64,000 nt of DNA from an uncultured virus (IMG/VR IMGVR_UViG_3300042453_003546) (IMGVR_UViG_3300042453_003546), one strand, 5' to 3'. Counted from the stretch's first letter, positions 1 to 10,155 are shown. A program made the numbers and translations. The notes: generated by a model not told the origin, from the letters alone.

Positions 1-770
1 TTAACCTTATCATAAAATTTCTTGAATGCTAATATTGCATCTGAGGTCATTTTACGACGAATGTTTCTATTATTATAGAACAATACAAACTCAGGATCAG
101 CATCTCCAAATAACTGCTTACGCATTGCTCTCACACGATCATCTGTCTTTTCGATTGGGAAAAACGTATTGTGATCGATTCCGTGAGGTACAAAGCATGT
201 TTTTGGAATTGTCTTACTGATAAGCTCTGCTGGCGGATCATTATCTAGGTTTACATAATTACCTTCACCTAGAACCATTCTAGCAATATTATCAGATTGC
301 TTACTAATACCCATTAGCAAATCACAAGACTCATAATAAGGTCTGTTGTAATGAGGAGCTGGTAAATCATCCCAGATGTGATAATAGAAGATAGGCACTC
401 TTTGTCTAACCTCAGCGGACATTCTGTACAACCAAATCCAATATCTTGGATCAGTGAAATGCACAATTGCATCAATAGGATGACGTTCTAATAACAAGCG
501 AATTAAATCTGGGTCACCGTATCCATTATAAGGATAGATGATTACACTGGCATCATTGATACCAATCTGCTTGTTAATGTCATCACTTAGGTCTAGGATT
601 TTTCCCATCTCTGGGTGGTTGATTGCTCCTCCAACATGGACGAAGTTATAACGATGGGCGTTACCTACAATCAACTCTCTTGTCATTGTTCCAATTCCAG
701 ATGGCAATCTCATGTCATCAGCAAGGAACAGAATAGTCTTTCGATCTTGTTTTTTAATATAACCTTCCAT
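1..770 (-). CDS. Glycosyltransferase (GT4-like), partial; runs off the left edge and is missing from the ORF track
   Basis: Manual translation from ATG at 770: MEGYIKKQDRKTILFLADDMRLPSGIG...IVHFTDPRYW...YYHIWDDLP...VPHGID...NRNIRRK. This is a typical phage GT-B/GT4 pattern. Confidence 0.8.
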   Translation of the reverse strand, partial: MEGYIKKQDRKTILFLADDMRLPSGIGTMTRELIVGNAHRYNFVHVGGAINHPEMGKILDLSDDINKQIGINDASVIIYPYNGYGDPDLIRLLLERHPIDAIVHFTDPRYWIWLYRMSAEVRQRVPIFYYHIWDDLPAPHYNRPYYESCDLLMGISKQSDNIARMVLGEGNYVNLDNDPPAELISKTIPKTCFVPHGIDHNTFFPIEKTDDRVRAMRKQLFGDADPEFVLFYNNRNIRRKMTSDAILAFKKFYDKV

Positions 771-789
771 AAATAAATTTGTTGTAACT

Positions 790-820
790 TGAATATAACT
801 TTTTTTATTGATACTACCAA
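790..820 (-). promoter_or_regulatory. Bacteroidota-type promoter TTG-N20-TATATTCA
   Basis: Same spacing as about 10 other intergenic sites; lies upstream of the glycosyltransferase. Confidence 0.55.
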
Positions 821-821
821 A

Positions 822-1229
822 TTATCTTGGTCTATTTCTGCAATGTCTTTTGCCTGTTAGGTATGGTTTTGGACAAGAAGTTCCTTTAACGTGATAGTGT
901 CCGCATTTACCACAACAAGTGCTTTTTTCTTCGTTTAATCCACCACCACAAGTGTTACACTCGTGATCGGGAGAGAACATATAGTTATCGTATACAGCTC
1001 CAATATAATCAGCAGCTTTTGTAATCTTGGCTTGAATCCATCCTTCAAGTTCCTGATGTCCTCCTTTTTCTAAGTGATCTGCTAATGCAGCTGCCCTATG
1101 AGCTATTGATCTAAGATCGGTAATAGACATTTCTACCTCATGATCATCCACCTTACCAGTCATCTGTTGGTACACATCTTCGGAAAGGACTTTACGTATT
1201 TGCTCGCTAATTAGTTTTGATATACTCAT
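822..1229 (-). CDS. Putative head-internal protein with leader-like N-terminus and Cys/His-rich tail
   Basis: N-term SKLISEQIRKVLSE resembles the shared leader; WIQAKITKAADYI helical segment; C-terminal CCGKCGHYH...C follows an LNE site. Confidence 0.5.
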   Translation of the reverse strand: MSISKLISEQIRKVLSEDVYQQMTGKVDDHEVEMSITDLRSIAHRAAALADHLEKGGHQELEGWIQAKITKAADYIGAVYDNYMFSPDHECNTCGGGLNEEKSTCCGKCGHYHVKGTSCPKPYLTGKRHCRNRPR

Positions 1230-1240
1230 TGTTTATGTGT

Positions 1241-2155
1241 TTATAAAGATAAAAGCATTTCAACAACATCCTCTTGTGGAAACAAATCCACTTTTCCTAA
1301 CACTACATTTGTATGTAACCAAAGACCCTTCTGTGCTGCGCACATTTTTGGATCACAAGTATCGAATGCCTTATTAGCACCCACCTTATGAATTAACTCC
1401 ACAAGCCCTTTTCTTGGATCAATATCATCTCTGTCTGCCACCCACTGAATCCACAACTTCAGTTTTTCAATTTGCTTCTCAGAGTACTTGTGCCAGTGAG
1501 TATGACCTCTAAAAGCCTGCTTTAGTTGTACGATTTGATCTGGATGAACTTCTGTACCAACGTATGTGTAAAATTTATTAGCATCTCTTGCTGCCCATGT
1601 TTTTCCATTTTGGAAGCCACCTTTAGTAACATATCCAAAGTTACACACTTCAATACCAACTGAGTTGCGATGCATTTCATTATTACCAATACTTAGGTGC
1701 CATCCATATCCACCTTGAGGAAACGCTTGTACTAACTCACCATCAAACTGAATATCATTACCTCTTACAGACTGACCACCTAGTACAAACTCTGTACCAA
1801 CTGGCCCTCTTGCATCAGCCTTCCATCCATCTATTGTCTGGTAAGGATTCTGCCAACCTGCTGTGTGATGTAAGAAAATCCAATCTTTATCAGTAGGACC
1901 TGCAATATATTCACCAACGGGCATGAAATACTTTTTCAAGTCTAAAGCTGGGACAGCTTGTTTGTCTGTGTCGATTAAGCCCATAACAGCTATTGTTTTT
2001 GGACCTACTACACCATCCGGTACGAGACCATTAGCACTTTGCCACTGTTTTACTGCGGCTTCTGTTTTTGGTCCAAATGAACCATCCGCAGTTAATTTAA
2101 GATAAGTTTGTAATGCTACAACTTCTGGACCTTTAGAACCTAACTTTAAAATCAT
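1241..2155 (-). CDS. Endolysin: peptidoglycan-binding domain plus N-acetylmuramoyl-L-alanine amidase
   Basis: N-term LKLGSKG...DGSFGPKTEAAVKQWQ...DGVVGPKT (PG_binding_1); FLHHTAG, SVGIEVCN and LWLH amidase_2-like motifs. Confidence 0.85.
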   Translation of the reverse strand: MILKLGSKGPEVVALQTYLKLTADGSFGPKTEAAVKQWQSANGLVPDGVVGPKTIAVMGLIDTDKQAVPALDLKKYFMPVGEYIAGPTDKDWIFLHHTAGWQNPYQTIDGWKADARGPVGTEFVLGGQSVRGNDIQFDGELVQAFPQGGYGWHLSIGNNEMHRNSVGIEVCNFGYVTKGGFQNGKTWAARDANKFYTYVGTEVHPDQIVQLKQAFRGHTHWHKYSEKQIEKLKLWIQWVADRDDIDPRKGLVELIHKVGANKAFDTCDPKMCAAQKGLWLHTNVVLGKVDLFPQEDVVEMLLSL

Positions 2156-2156
2156 G

Positions 2157-2555
2157 TTACTTGTATTTTTTACTGTCTGTCCAGTCTCGAAACATCATGT
2201 TACCTCTCTGGTAGGCATCTTCTTCAAGACTTCGTAAATGTTTGTTATTTTGTGCATATTTTGGATCATCACCACCTTCACCAACTTTTTCCATTGTTAG
2301 CTCTCCTCTAAGGTTTTGATCATGGTGAATTAGTTCATGAGCGAAGCTTCTCAGTATATCTTTAGGATGTCGTCCGTGAGTAAATAACACTACAATCTTA
2401 TTTTGAGGATCGTAATATCCAGTGTTATTGAAAATCTCCTTACCAGTTTGTGGTTGATGATTTAGTTTTACTGATGGGTATGGATGGATATTTGCACCAC
2501 ATTGTTTGTGCATATACCAAGCTAACTCCGCTAATTGTTTTTTAAACTCGTTCAT
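2157..2555 (-). CDS. Putative zinc metallopeptidase (HExxH)
   Basis: RSFAHELIHHDQ plus downstream EEDAY. Start set at ATG 2555, just after a TATTTATA motif. Confidence 0.6.
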   Translation of the reverse strand: MNEFKKQLAELAWYMHKQCGANIHPYPSVKLNHQPQTGKEIFNNTGYYDPQNKIVVLFTHGRHPKDILRSFAHELIHHDQNLRGELTMEKVGEGGDDPKYAQNNKHLRSLEEDAYQRGNMMFRDWTDSKKYK

Positions 2556-2566
2556 GTATATAAATA

Positions 2567-2980
2567 TCACGGAGTTAGAATGATCGCCTTTTTTTTCAAT
2601 CTTGTGAGTTGTTTTATCACATTTTGGATTTTTTTGTCTGTTGTGTTTGTATCGTCAAACATCACACACTTATCAACATACGAGCAAAATATCTTTGAGT
2701 TTGTAAAGAGGTTCTTGGCACTATAAGGTTTGCTATAGAAGTTCTCAGACATTAAGCTGTAAAGATTCTGGTTAGTATGTGGTGGGTTCATCTCTTTGTA
2801 GGTGTAACCCAACTCAAGAGCATACTTTTTAATATACTTATCTGCACCATACTGATCACCTAATCCAACTATCGTTATCTCTCCATCAAAATTATCTCTC
2901 AGCTTATGAATAAAGTTTTTAATCTTGATCTTATTTTCAAATGTTTTAGAACCTGTCATTCCCAATGTTAGCTTGTCCAT
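2567..2980 (-). CDS. SLOG/DUF2493-like protein
   Basis: GMTGSKTF...IVGLGDQYGADKYIKKYA pattern of the YspA/SLOG family. Confidence 0.55.
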   Translation of the reverse strand: MDKLTLGMTGSKTFENKIKIKNFIHKLRDNFDGEITIVGLGDQYGADKYIKKYALELGYTYKEMNPPHTNQNLYSLMSENFYSKPYSAKNLFTNSKIFCSYVDKCVMFDDTNTTDKKIQNVIKQLTRLKKKAIILTP

Positions 2981-3410
2981 ATAGATCAATTAGTTTATTA
3001 TCCATTAAATTTTGAACATGGCCTGGTTCAAATGATGGCCATCTCCATCCAGCTTCCCAACCCTCTTCTTCAAAATACCTCACAACTCGCAACCACTTGT
3101 TACGCCAATAATCTCTCGGATATACATCTTCCCAGCTCATTAGGCTACTACCAAACAACAAACAAAAATCTAATGCTAACCCGTAGTTATGAGCACTAAA
3201 ACCTGATCGGTGTATTGTTTGTATTGAGCCTGGAATTGTCCTTCCAAATCTAAATAGTAAGTCTTGTTGATCAAAAGTACGACTTCCCCACACAATGTAT
3301 ACGGGAATTTTGTCTTGACGACATTTTTCCATTACTCTTGTTGCAGAAGGAATTAATTTTGGATTAAGTGTGTTAATTCTCTGCATCGACACATCCAAAA
3401 ACTTACTCAT
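2946..3410 (-). CDS. M15-family peptidoglycan endopeptidase (L-Ala-D-Glu type)
   Basis: RTFDQQDLLF, SAHNYGLALD and EPGHVQ motifs. Confidence 0.85.
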   Translation of the reverse strand: MSKFLDVSMQRINTLNPKLIPSATRVMEKCRQDKIPVYIVWGSRTFDQQDLLFRFGRTIPGSIQTIHRSGFSAHNYGLALDFCLLFGSSLMSWEDVYPRDYWRNKWLRVVRYFEEEGWEAGWRWPSFEPGHVQNLMDNKLIDLYGQANIGNDRF

Positions 3411-4297
3411 TCTTTTTCTTTTTTGATTCGGTCTTTTTTAGGACATAATGCTTCCTCGTTCTTGTATGGACAGTAGTTGCAAGCTGAAGAGGTAATTGCT
3501 GGAAAGTTACCAGCGATGTTATATGTACCACTATCTGTAAAGCAATTATCAATAAACTCCATCAACATTCTACTCACTTTGTTTCTTGTTGGTTTACCAC
3601 TTGCAGGAACAAAGGTTTGAATACGTTTCATAGGGAACTCTGTATCTTCAGCAATCTTACGTCTCACAATAATATATTCAACATCAATCATTTCTGGATC
3701 GATATTAAACTGCTTTGCATAAAATTCCTTGTACAAAACTAACTGAGCCGTCTTGGTAAGATCAGCTTTTTGATATTTGTTCCAACCTTGAGTACTCGTC
3801 TTGATATCGTATATTTTTATACGACCATCACGCTCATCCTTGATAACAAGATCAATAAAACCATTAAAGGTTACTTTTTCCGTTACCGATAAGCTGAGAG
3901 GTATCTCTATACCAACTAACGTATGTTGTTTAGATTGAAAGTAAGCTGACCTATGTCTTTTGAAATATTTGAGAATAGCTTCACCATCTAGATAGAACTC
4001 ACCAAGCTCTTGTGGAGTGCTATAGTGTTTGTTCCCATTTTTGGCTAGAGACTCTTTATACTCATCAAACATTGCTTGCTTTAGGTAAGCACCAAGATCT
4101 ATATAATCAGCCTCCTTAATTGTCTTTGTATACATTACTTCCAAGTAATGTTGCAAAGTCTTATGAAATGCTGATCCGAAGCAGGTATTTATGTTCTGCT
4201 CATAGGTTCTCAATCCATCCAAATAATCCAGCTTCCAACGTCTTGGACAATTTGCATAGAGAGTAAATTGTGAATATGATATTGTTTTGTTTGCCAT
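3407..4297 (-). CDS. PD-(D/E)XK Cas4/RecB-like exonuclease
   Basis: SYSQ...CPRRW, GSAFH, GFIDL...IYDIKT, QLVLY and C-terminal CNYCPY..C. Confidence 0.85.
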   Translation of the reverse strand: MANKTISYSQFTLYANCPRRWKLDYLDGLRTYEQNINTCFGSAFHKTLQHYLEVMYTKTIKEADYIDLGAYLKQAMFDEYKESLAKNGNKHYSTPQELGEFYLDGEAILKYFKRHRSAYFQSKQHTLVGIEIPLSLSVTEKVTFNGFIDLVIKDERDGRIKIYDIKTSTQGWNKYQKADLTKTAQLVLYKEFYAKQFNIDPEMIDVEYIIVRRKIAEDTEFPMKRIQTFVPASGKPTRNKVSRMLMEFIDNCFTDSGTYNIAGNFPAITSSACNYCPYKNEEALCPKKDRIKKEKE

Positions 4298-4301
4298 AAC
4301 C

Positions 4302-4332
4302 TAAAGATACAAATAACTGATCACTTATGCAA
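4302..4332 (-). promoter_or_regulatory. Bacteroidota-type promoter TTG-N20-TATCTTTA
   Basis: Exact 20-nt spacing; ends 4 nt upstream of the exonuclease ATG. Confidence 0.6.
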
Positions 4333-4335
4333 CAC

Positions 4336-4554
4336 TTATAGTGTTTCATTTTCTGGTAAAAAATCCTTGTTGATGTGACCACACTCCTTACATGCGAATG
4401 CCTGTATAGGTGTTAACATCTCTTGACCAGTTGGTGAAATTAAGGCTGAAAACTTTTTAATAAGGTATGTTACCTCAAAGTGGTCGTGACCACAATTTTC
4501 ACACACATACGTTTCAGCATCTGAAAAGTCTAACCCTTGTAATTGATTTTGCAT
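4336..4554 (-). CDS. Small zinc-ribbon protein
   Basis: CENCG...CKECG. Confidence 0.65.
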   Translation of the reverse strand: MQNQLQGLDFSDAETYVCENCGHDHFEVTYLIKKFSALISPTGQEMLTPIQAFACKECGHINKDFLPENETL

Positions 4555-4560
4555 AATAGT

Positions 4561-4593
4561 AAAAATAAAGAGGGTGACTGTTAAGCCACCCTC
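4561..4593 (-). terminator. Rho-independent terminator after groEL
   Basis: GAGGGTG/CACCCTC stem followed by a U-rich tract on the minus strand. Confidence 0.75.
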
Positions 4594-4607
4594 ATGTTAA
4601 ATAATGT

Positions 4608-6239
4608 TTAGTAGCCGTAGTTAGGAGTCTTATCCTCCTTATTACTTTCGGGATCAATACTAATAATACACTCAGTAGTTAGCAATGTGCCTGCAACAGA
4701 GGTAGCAAGTTCTAAAGCTGTACGAGTTACTTTGGTTGGATCGATAATACCAGCATCATTCATGACAACAAACTTATCGTTACGTGCATCATAACCAAAG
4801 ATGTCAGCTGACGGATTCTCCTTTTCAATAGCATCCAATTGTGCTTTGATTGCTTCAGCACTTTTACCAGCATTCTCTACAATAGCTTTGAATGGTGCAA
4901 AGCAAGCCTTCTTCACAATGTTAACACCAAGCTGTTGATCTTCGTTTTCACACTCAACTGGAATAGTACTAACACCTAATAAGGCTACACCACCACCAGG
5001 AACGATACCTTCTTCAACAGCAGCTCTTGTAGCATGTAGAGCGTCATCTACTCTATCCTTTTTTTCTCTCAATTCAATCTCAGTAGCGGCTCCGATGTTT
5101 AGTACAGCTACACCACCGATGAGTTTACTCATACGCTCTTTAAGGAATTGCTTTTCGTAATCTGACTCAGCCTTTTCATAAAGAGATTTAATCTCTTCAA
5201 TTCTCGTTTTGATTGCTTCACTGTTTCCAGCACCATCAACAATAATAGTCTCATTTTGAGAAACTACTACACTACGAGCTGTACCAAGCATTTCGATTGT
5301 AAGTTTTTCCAACTTCATTGCTTTTTGTGTTGCGATCACAGTACCACCTGTAAGAATTGCGATATCCTCTAAGTTGTGAATCTTACGATCACCATATCCA
5401 GGAGCTTTGATAGCAGCCACTTGAAGGATGCCTCTCGCTTTGTTTAATACCATTGCTGCCAGTGCCTCACCATCCACATCATCAGCTACAACAAGTAAAG
5501 GCTTGTTTTGTTTACTACAAGTCTCTAATAATGGTAGAATTTCTTTAATGCTACTAACTTTTCTGTCATAGATTAAGATGTAAGGATTCTCCAGTGTAGT
5601 AGTCATTGTTGAATTGTTTGTTGCAAAGTAGGGAGAAACAAAGCCTCTATCAATTTGCATACCTTCAACAATCTCCAAAGTTGTTTCTGAAGTCTTAGAC
5701 TCATCAACTTGGATTACACCATTCTTACCAACACTCTCCATTGCTTCTGCAATAAGAGCTCCAATGCTGGCATCATTATTTGCTGAAATGGTTGCTACTT
5801 GTCTAATCTCATCGTTCGTTTTCACATCACGACTAATGCTTCGTAGATTATCGATAATTGCTGTTGTAGCTTTATCCATACCTCTTTTTAGCTCAACTGG
5901 ATTAACTCCTGCATTGATAGCTTTGAAACCTTCATTGTACATGTAACTTGCCAATACAGTAGCTGTAGTAGTGCCATCACCAGCCAACTTAGCTGCTTTC
6001 ATTGATACTTCTTTAATGGCTTGTGCTCCAATATTTTCAACTGGATCTTTGAGATAAATCTCTCTTGCAACTGATACACCGTCTTTTGTAATGACTGGTG
6101 CTCCGTTCTCCTTCTCGATCAGAACATTACGGCCACAAGGACCTAAAGTTGCTTGAACTGCAGATGCCAACTTATTAACACCGCTACGCACTTTCTCACG
6201 TGCTTCCGAACTAAAAGTTAAATTTTTTGTCTTACTCAT
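4608..6239 (-). CDS. groEL: Chaperonin GroEL
   Basis: [41 protein letters not shown] and GIIDPTKV. Confidence 0.97.
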   Translation of the reverse strand: MSKTKNLTFSSEAREKVRSGVNKLASAVQATLGPCGRNVLIEKENGAPVITKDGVSVAREIYLKDPVENIGAQAIKEVSMKAAKLAGDGTTTATVLASYMYNEGFKAINAGVNPVELKRGMDKATTAIIDNLRSISRDVKTNDEIRQVATISANNDASIGALIAEAMESVGKNGVIQVDESKTSETTLEIVEGMQIDRGFVSPYFATNNSTMTTTLENPYILIYDRKVSSIKEILPLLETCSKQNKPLLVVADDVDGEALAAMVLNKARGILQVAAIKAPGYGDRKIHNLEDIAILTGGTVIATQKAMKLEKLTIEMLGTARSVVVSQNETIIVDGAGNSEAIKTRIEEIKSLYEKAESDYEKQFLKERMSKLIGGVAVLNIGAATEIELREKKDRVDDALHATRAAVEEGIVPGGGVALLGVSTIPVECENEDQQLGVNIVKKACFAPFKAIVENAGKSAEAIKAQLDAIEKENPSADIFGYDARNDKFVVMNDAGIIDPTKVTRTALELATSVAGTLLTTECIISIDPESNKEDKTPNYGY

Positions 6240-6241
6240 AA

Positions 6242-6538
6242 CTAGTTTTTGATTTTAGATAAAACATCACGCTCTTGAACAATCTGATAATCTACTCCAT
6301 CATACTCCATTACCTGAGCTGCGAATCTTTGGAATACGATCACATCTCCGGGTTGTAGTGTGGTTTTGATAAATAAATCAGGTGCTGCCCAAAAGCCAGG
6401 ACCAGCTGCTACTACCTCAGCTTTTAAGGTTTTTTGATCATCAAGTTCTGGTAAAATAATACCACCAGAGCTTATTTCGTCTTGTTCGACAGGTTTGCAT
6501 ATCAGCCTGTCACCGATTGGTTGAAAAATGTCATTCAT
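6242..6538 (-). CDS. groES: Co-chaperonin GroES
   Basis: PIGDRL...SSGGIILP...VVAAGPG; adjacent to groEL. Confidence 0.93.
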   Translation of the reverse strand: MNDIFQPIGDRLICKPVEQDEISSGGIILPELDDQKTLKAEVVAAGPGFWAAPDLFIKTTLQPGDVIVFQRFAAQVMEYDGVDYQIVQERDVLSKIKN

Positions 6539-6588
6539 AATGTAACTGTTTTATATAATATAAGAAAAAAAGACCTTAGAGCAAACTT

Positions 6589-6990
6589 TTAAGCAATAAA
6601 TAACTTTTTTGATACAGCATCAACAATTGCTGGTACTTTGATTACCAACAAACCGTTTTCCATTGTTGCTTGTGCATCTGTAAGATTGAATCTGGATGTA
6701 ACTTTGTAAGCGAGATCAAACGATCTTCTCGCAATGCCTCTCACTTGATAGGTGCGATCAGGTTGTTCGTCTACTTTTCTGTTGTAAGCGATACGAAGAA
6801 TATCGTGCTCAATGTCTATTGCAACATCTTCTTTTGTAAGACCAGTACAAGCTACTTCGAAAAAAAGTCCTTCTGGTGTCTCATAGATGTCTACTGGATG
6901 GGGGCTTCGTGTTTCACGAAAGGGTGCGAAGTATGATTCGCGATCAAATAGGTTTCTGAATAGAATGTCAAATTCATTTAGTGTTTTCAT
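6589..6990 (-). CDS. Small heat shock protein Hsp20
   Basis: PVDIYE, RGIARRSF and ATMENGLLVIKVP alpha-crystallin motifs. Confidence 0.92.
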   Translation of the reverse strand: MKTLNEFDILFRNLFDRESYFAPFRETRSPHPVDIYETPEGLFFEVACTGLTKEDVAIDIEHDILRIAYNRKVDEQPDRTYQVRGIARRSFDLAYKVTSRFNLTDAQATMENGLLVIKVPAIVDAVSKKLFIA

Positions 6991-7079
6991 AAATGTACCT
7001 CCTAAGATGGTTTAATGTTTAATAAATAATGTAACCGTTGTTTGCCCTAAGGTCATATATAAATATAAGCAAAATTTTT

Positions 7080-7427
7080 TTATGCTGGTGTTACGTATTG
7101 TTTAGCGATATCTCCCTCATATACGTAGTATGGATTATTCTCGTCATACTCTTTATCCTCTGCATCACTCCATATATCTCTCCAATCCCACAACTTAGTC
7201 ATATCAGGTACCTTAACCTTAAAAGAATATTTGTATGGTGTAGTTGTTATTGGCTTCTCTGAAAGATAAACCATACTATCACTATCAGCCTTAATACCAT
7301 TCTTTAGAACAAAGTCACGTGCTGCTTCTGAAGTAACGCTGTGATAAAGTACGTTAGGTAGATTTTCTTCCTTCAGGATCTTGCGAATTTCTTCGCGAAT
7401 AAGTTTTTTAAATTCTGATACCTTCAT
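7080..7427 (-). CDS. Leader-family protein with putative ADP-ribosyltransferase-like (Tpt1/KptA-type) cargo
   Basis: Leader MKVSEFKKLIREEIRKILKEE, then LYHSVT...VLKNGIK...VYLS...YEGDI. Confidence 0.55.
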   Translation of the reverse strand: MKVSEFKKLIREEIRKILKEENLPNVLYHSVTSEAARDFVLKNGIKADSDSMVYLSEKPITTTPYKYSFKVKVPDMTKLWDWRDIWSDAEDKEYDENNPYYVYEGDIAKQYVTPA

Positions 7428-7449
7428 TTTTTATTATAAACGTTTAATA

Positions 7450-7480
7450 TAAACATAAGCAATTTTCTTAATCTCTCCAA
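7450..7480 (-). promoter_or_regulatory. Bacteroidota-type promoter TTG-N20-TATGTTTA
   Basis: Conserved 20-nt spacing. Confidence 0.5.
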
Positions 7481-7833
7481 GAATCTTCCGGATAAATTAA
7501 ATCAGAATAAGATGATTTTGTATCTGTGTTAACAGCGCCTGCAGGAAGTTTGGATTGTGTTTGTGGTCTACTAGGATCCCATTCACCAATATTAAGATTG
7601 TCGATTGAGTAGCTTACAACATCCTTCTCAGTGAATTTGGTTGTCGGACTCACGGTTGTCTTACCCTTCATCACTGTCCATTCACTTTTCTTCTTACCCC
7701 ACAACTGCTCAAGTTTAGCTATAAACTCGTTATAGTCACTAAGGTATAACCAATTTCCTTTTTGTTTGGTTTCTTCACGAAGAACTTTTTGAATCTCCTC
7801 TCTTATGATTTGTTTCAGTTGTGATTTTTTCAT
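7468..7833 (-). CDS. Leader-family protein, unknown cargo
   Basis: MKKSQLKQIIREEIQKVLREE; TATTTATA motif at 7846-7853 upstream. Confidence 0.6.
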   Translation of the reverse strand: MKKSQLKQIIREEIQKVLREETKQKGNWLYLSDYNEFIAKLEQLWGKKKSEWTVMKGKTTVSPTTKFTEKDVVSYSIDNLNIGEWDPSRPQTQSKLPAGAVNTDTKSSYSDLIYPEDSWRD

Positions 7834-7866
7834 TACCTGTTTTTATATAAATATGGGTGTTTTTGT

Positions 7867-10104
7867 TTACACGTGACCTTCACCAAAGTTTAATGCAATA
7901 TTTGGCTCAGCTATAAGTCCAGTTGGGATCTGTACAGTGTTCTCCATATGATGCTTAACAATATTAGCTACCTCATCAGCAATCTCTGCGTTAGAATTTA
8001 CAACAAACTCATCATGAATCTGCAACATGATGTACGCATCTAAGTTCTTTTCTTTAAACTCTTTATGAATTGCAATTGCGGATCTGTTCATAATAGACGC
8101 TGCTAATGACTGAATTTGAAAATTCTTACTATTATTTAAACCGTTCTTGTACTCCATTCTCAGTTGCATAATCTTCTGTAACTGATCCGGATCTTTGCAC
8201 ATTCTCTTCATAGCTCCAAATGCTTTTGGTTCTATAAGATTATCCTCAAACTTTTCGTAGATTGCCTTCACTCTCTCTAAGTGTCGAATACGTCCGGTTT
8301 TGTTTTTGATGTAACCAAAGCTCTGAACTCGAAGATGTGTATCACTCATCCACTTCGCTAATTCAGGAAATCCTTCCAGATAACCATCAATCAGTTTCTG
8401 AGCTTCATCTATTTTAATGCCCAGTGACTGACTAATCTGCCATGCACCAGCACCATACGGAATTGCAAGTGCAATACCTTTTGCTCTTTGTCTCATTTCA
8501 GGTCTAACCTTCTTAACATAATTCTCATCATTTTTCTTAGCTGACATTCCTTTTAATTTGAATGCCTGTATAGCTACTCTACTATAAAGGTCCTCATTAT
8601 CTAGGAATACGTTAATTAAGTTAGGGTCATTACTCACTGATGCAAACACTCTTGGTTCCAGAGAAGATTGGTCACAAATAATAAATCTACGACCATCCTC
8701 AGCTTTCAAGAAACTCCTTAGAATATTATTATATCTTAATACGAGATCACTTACCTCACCCTCCTCTAATACACGAGGCATTTGTTGACAGTCTGAGCTA
8801 AAACGACCTGATGTAGTACCATGTTGTTTAAAGTACCAGTAATACCTTCCATTCTCATTGCCATCTAAGAAACGATCAATATACGCTGAGTTAATTTTAT
8901 TTAACTTATTATAGTCTCGTAGCTTAGCAGCCCATCCATAACTCTTACTCAAATGCTCAATCATATCATCATTAAACTGATCAGTACCTTTGCGAGTTTG
9001 ACTGAGGGGTTTGATCTTGAGATACTTGAATACAATGTCTCCCAGCTGTTGTTTACTGCTAATGTTGAGGTAACTACCTTCCTTCTCTTTCCACAAATCA
9101 AGACTTACTTTGACTGCATCTCTTGGATCAAGATAGCTCTCATCCCCAGTTGCAAGAAAATCCACAACACCTTTGCGATTAACAGCTTCTATTTGATTGA
9201 TGGCTAATGCATATCGACCTCTTTTCTTTGGTGGGAACGCTTTTGTAGCTTTAAACATAACCCATTGTTTAACTTCTGGGATAGCCATAAGATCGTCAAT
9301 GATTTCACGTTCCAATCTTTCAAGGTCCTTTATAATATCGTTCTTAGTTTTATTAATCAGCTCCATATCAAGCTCAGTGCCCGTTTCTTCCATTTGTATT
9401 GTCACTGTCTTGTATAGTGGCATTACCTCATCTACAAAGAAGAAATCCCATAACTCTTGCTCTTTGAGTATTGGCAAGAAATAAGTCATTAGTCGTAAGG
9501 TTAAGTCTGTATCGGCTGCTGCATAGTTTCCTAACAATTCCATGTCAGCTTTGTAGATTTCGTAGTTTTCTTTTGATGTACTACCACCATTCTTCTTGAT
9601 GTTTTCTTTCATTAGTACTTGCTCCTCATTAGCTTCCTTCTCAGCATTGATTCCTAATTCGTGCTGTAATTCTATTGCTAATGGTTTCAAACCGAAAGGA
9701 CCATCTTCTCGAAGAGTGTGAGTTAGTAACATCGTATCGCAATACAGATCCTCTCTCAAGTCAATACCATAAAAGTTCTTGGTGAACCGAATATCGAATG
9801 ATCCGTTATGCATGACCAGCTTTTTACCCTTAAGTAAGGTGATAAGTTGTTTAGCTATGTCATCACACTTTTTACCTCCAATATAGGAATCGATGAGAGC
9901 TTGACTCTCGTTGTCCCAATATCTTGTTGGGAAGTAATAACCTTCATCAATATTAGCAGACACTGAGAAACCAATGATCATTCCCGTTCTTGGATTGATA
10001 CTGGTGGTCTCGATATCGTATGCAATAATGTTTCCGTTCTTAATGTAGTTAGCTAATTCTACTACACCAGCTTGATCTGTGATAATCTTGTAACTTTTGC
10101 TCAT
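7867..10104 (-). CDS. polA: DNA polymerase, family A, with 3'-5' exonuclease
   Basis: Exo motifs DIET, HNGSFD and YAAAD; polymerase motifs TTSGRFSS, DQSSLEPR, RQRAKGIALAIPYG and QIHDE. Confidence 0.95.
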   Translation of the reverse strand: MSKSYKIITDQAGVVELANYIKNGNIIAYDIETTSINPRTGMIIGFSVSANIDEGYYFPTRYWDNESQALIDSYIGGKKCDDIAKQLITLLKGKKLVMHNGSFDIRFTKNFYGIDLREDLYCDTMLLTHTLREDGPFGLKPLAIELQHELGINAEKEANEEQVLMKENIKKNGGSTSKENYEIYKADMELLGNYAAADTDLTLRLMTYFLPILKEQELWDFFFVDEVMPLYKTVTIQMEETGTELDMELINKTKNDIIKDLERLEREIIDDLMAIPEVKQWVMFKATKAFPPKKRGRYALAINQIEAVNRKGVVDFLATGDESYLDPRDAVKVSLDLWKEKEGSYLNISSKQQLGDIVFKYLKIKPLSQTRKGTDQFNDDMIEHLSKSYGWAAKLRDYNKLNKINSAYIDRFLDGNENGRYYWYFKQHGTTSGRFSSDCQQMPRVLEEGEVSDLVLRYNNILRSFLKAEDGRRFIICDQSSLEPRVFASVSNDPNLINVFLDNEDLYSRVAIQAFKLKGMSAKKNDENYVKKVRPEMRQRAKGIALAIPYGAGAWQISQSLGIKIDEAQKLIDGYLEGFPELAKWMSDTHLRVQSFGYIKNKTGRIRHLERVKAIYEKFEDNLIEPKAFGAMKRMCKDPDQLQKIMQLRMEYKNGLNNSKNFQIQSLAASIMNRSAIAIHKEFKEKNLDAYIMLQIHDEFVVNSNAEIADEVANIVKHHMENTVQIPTGLIAEPNIALNFGEGHV

Positions 10105-10124
10105 GTGTTATTATTTTTATAACC

Positions 10125-10155
10125 TAAATATACGACTAAAAATTAAAAAAGCCAA
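10125..10155 (-). promoter_or_regulatory. Promoter TTG-N20-TATATTTA for polA; its TTG lies in the terminator arm
   Basis: Plus-strand taaatata at 10125-32 and caa at 10153-55. Confidence 0.65.
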
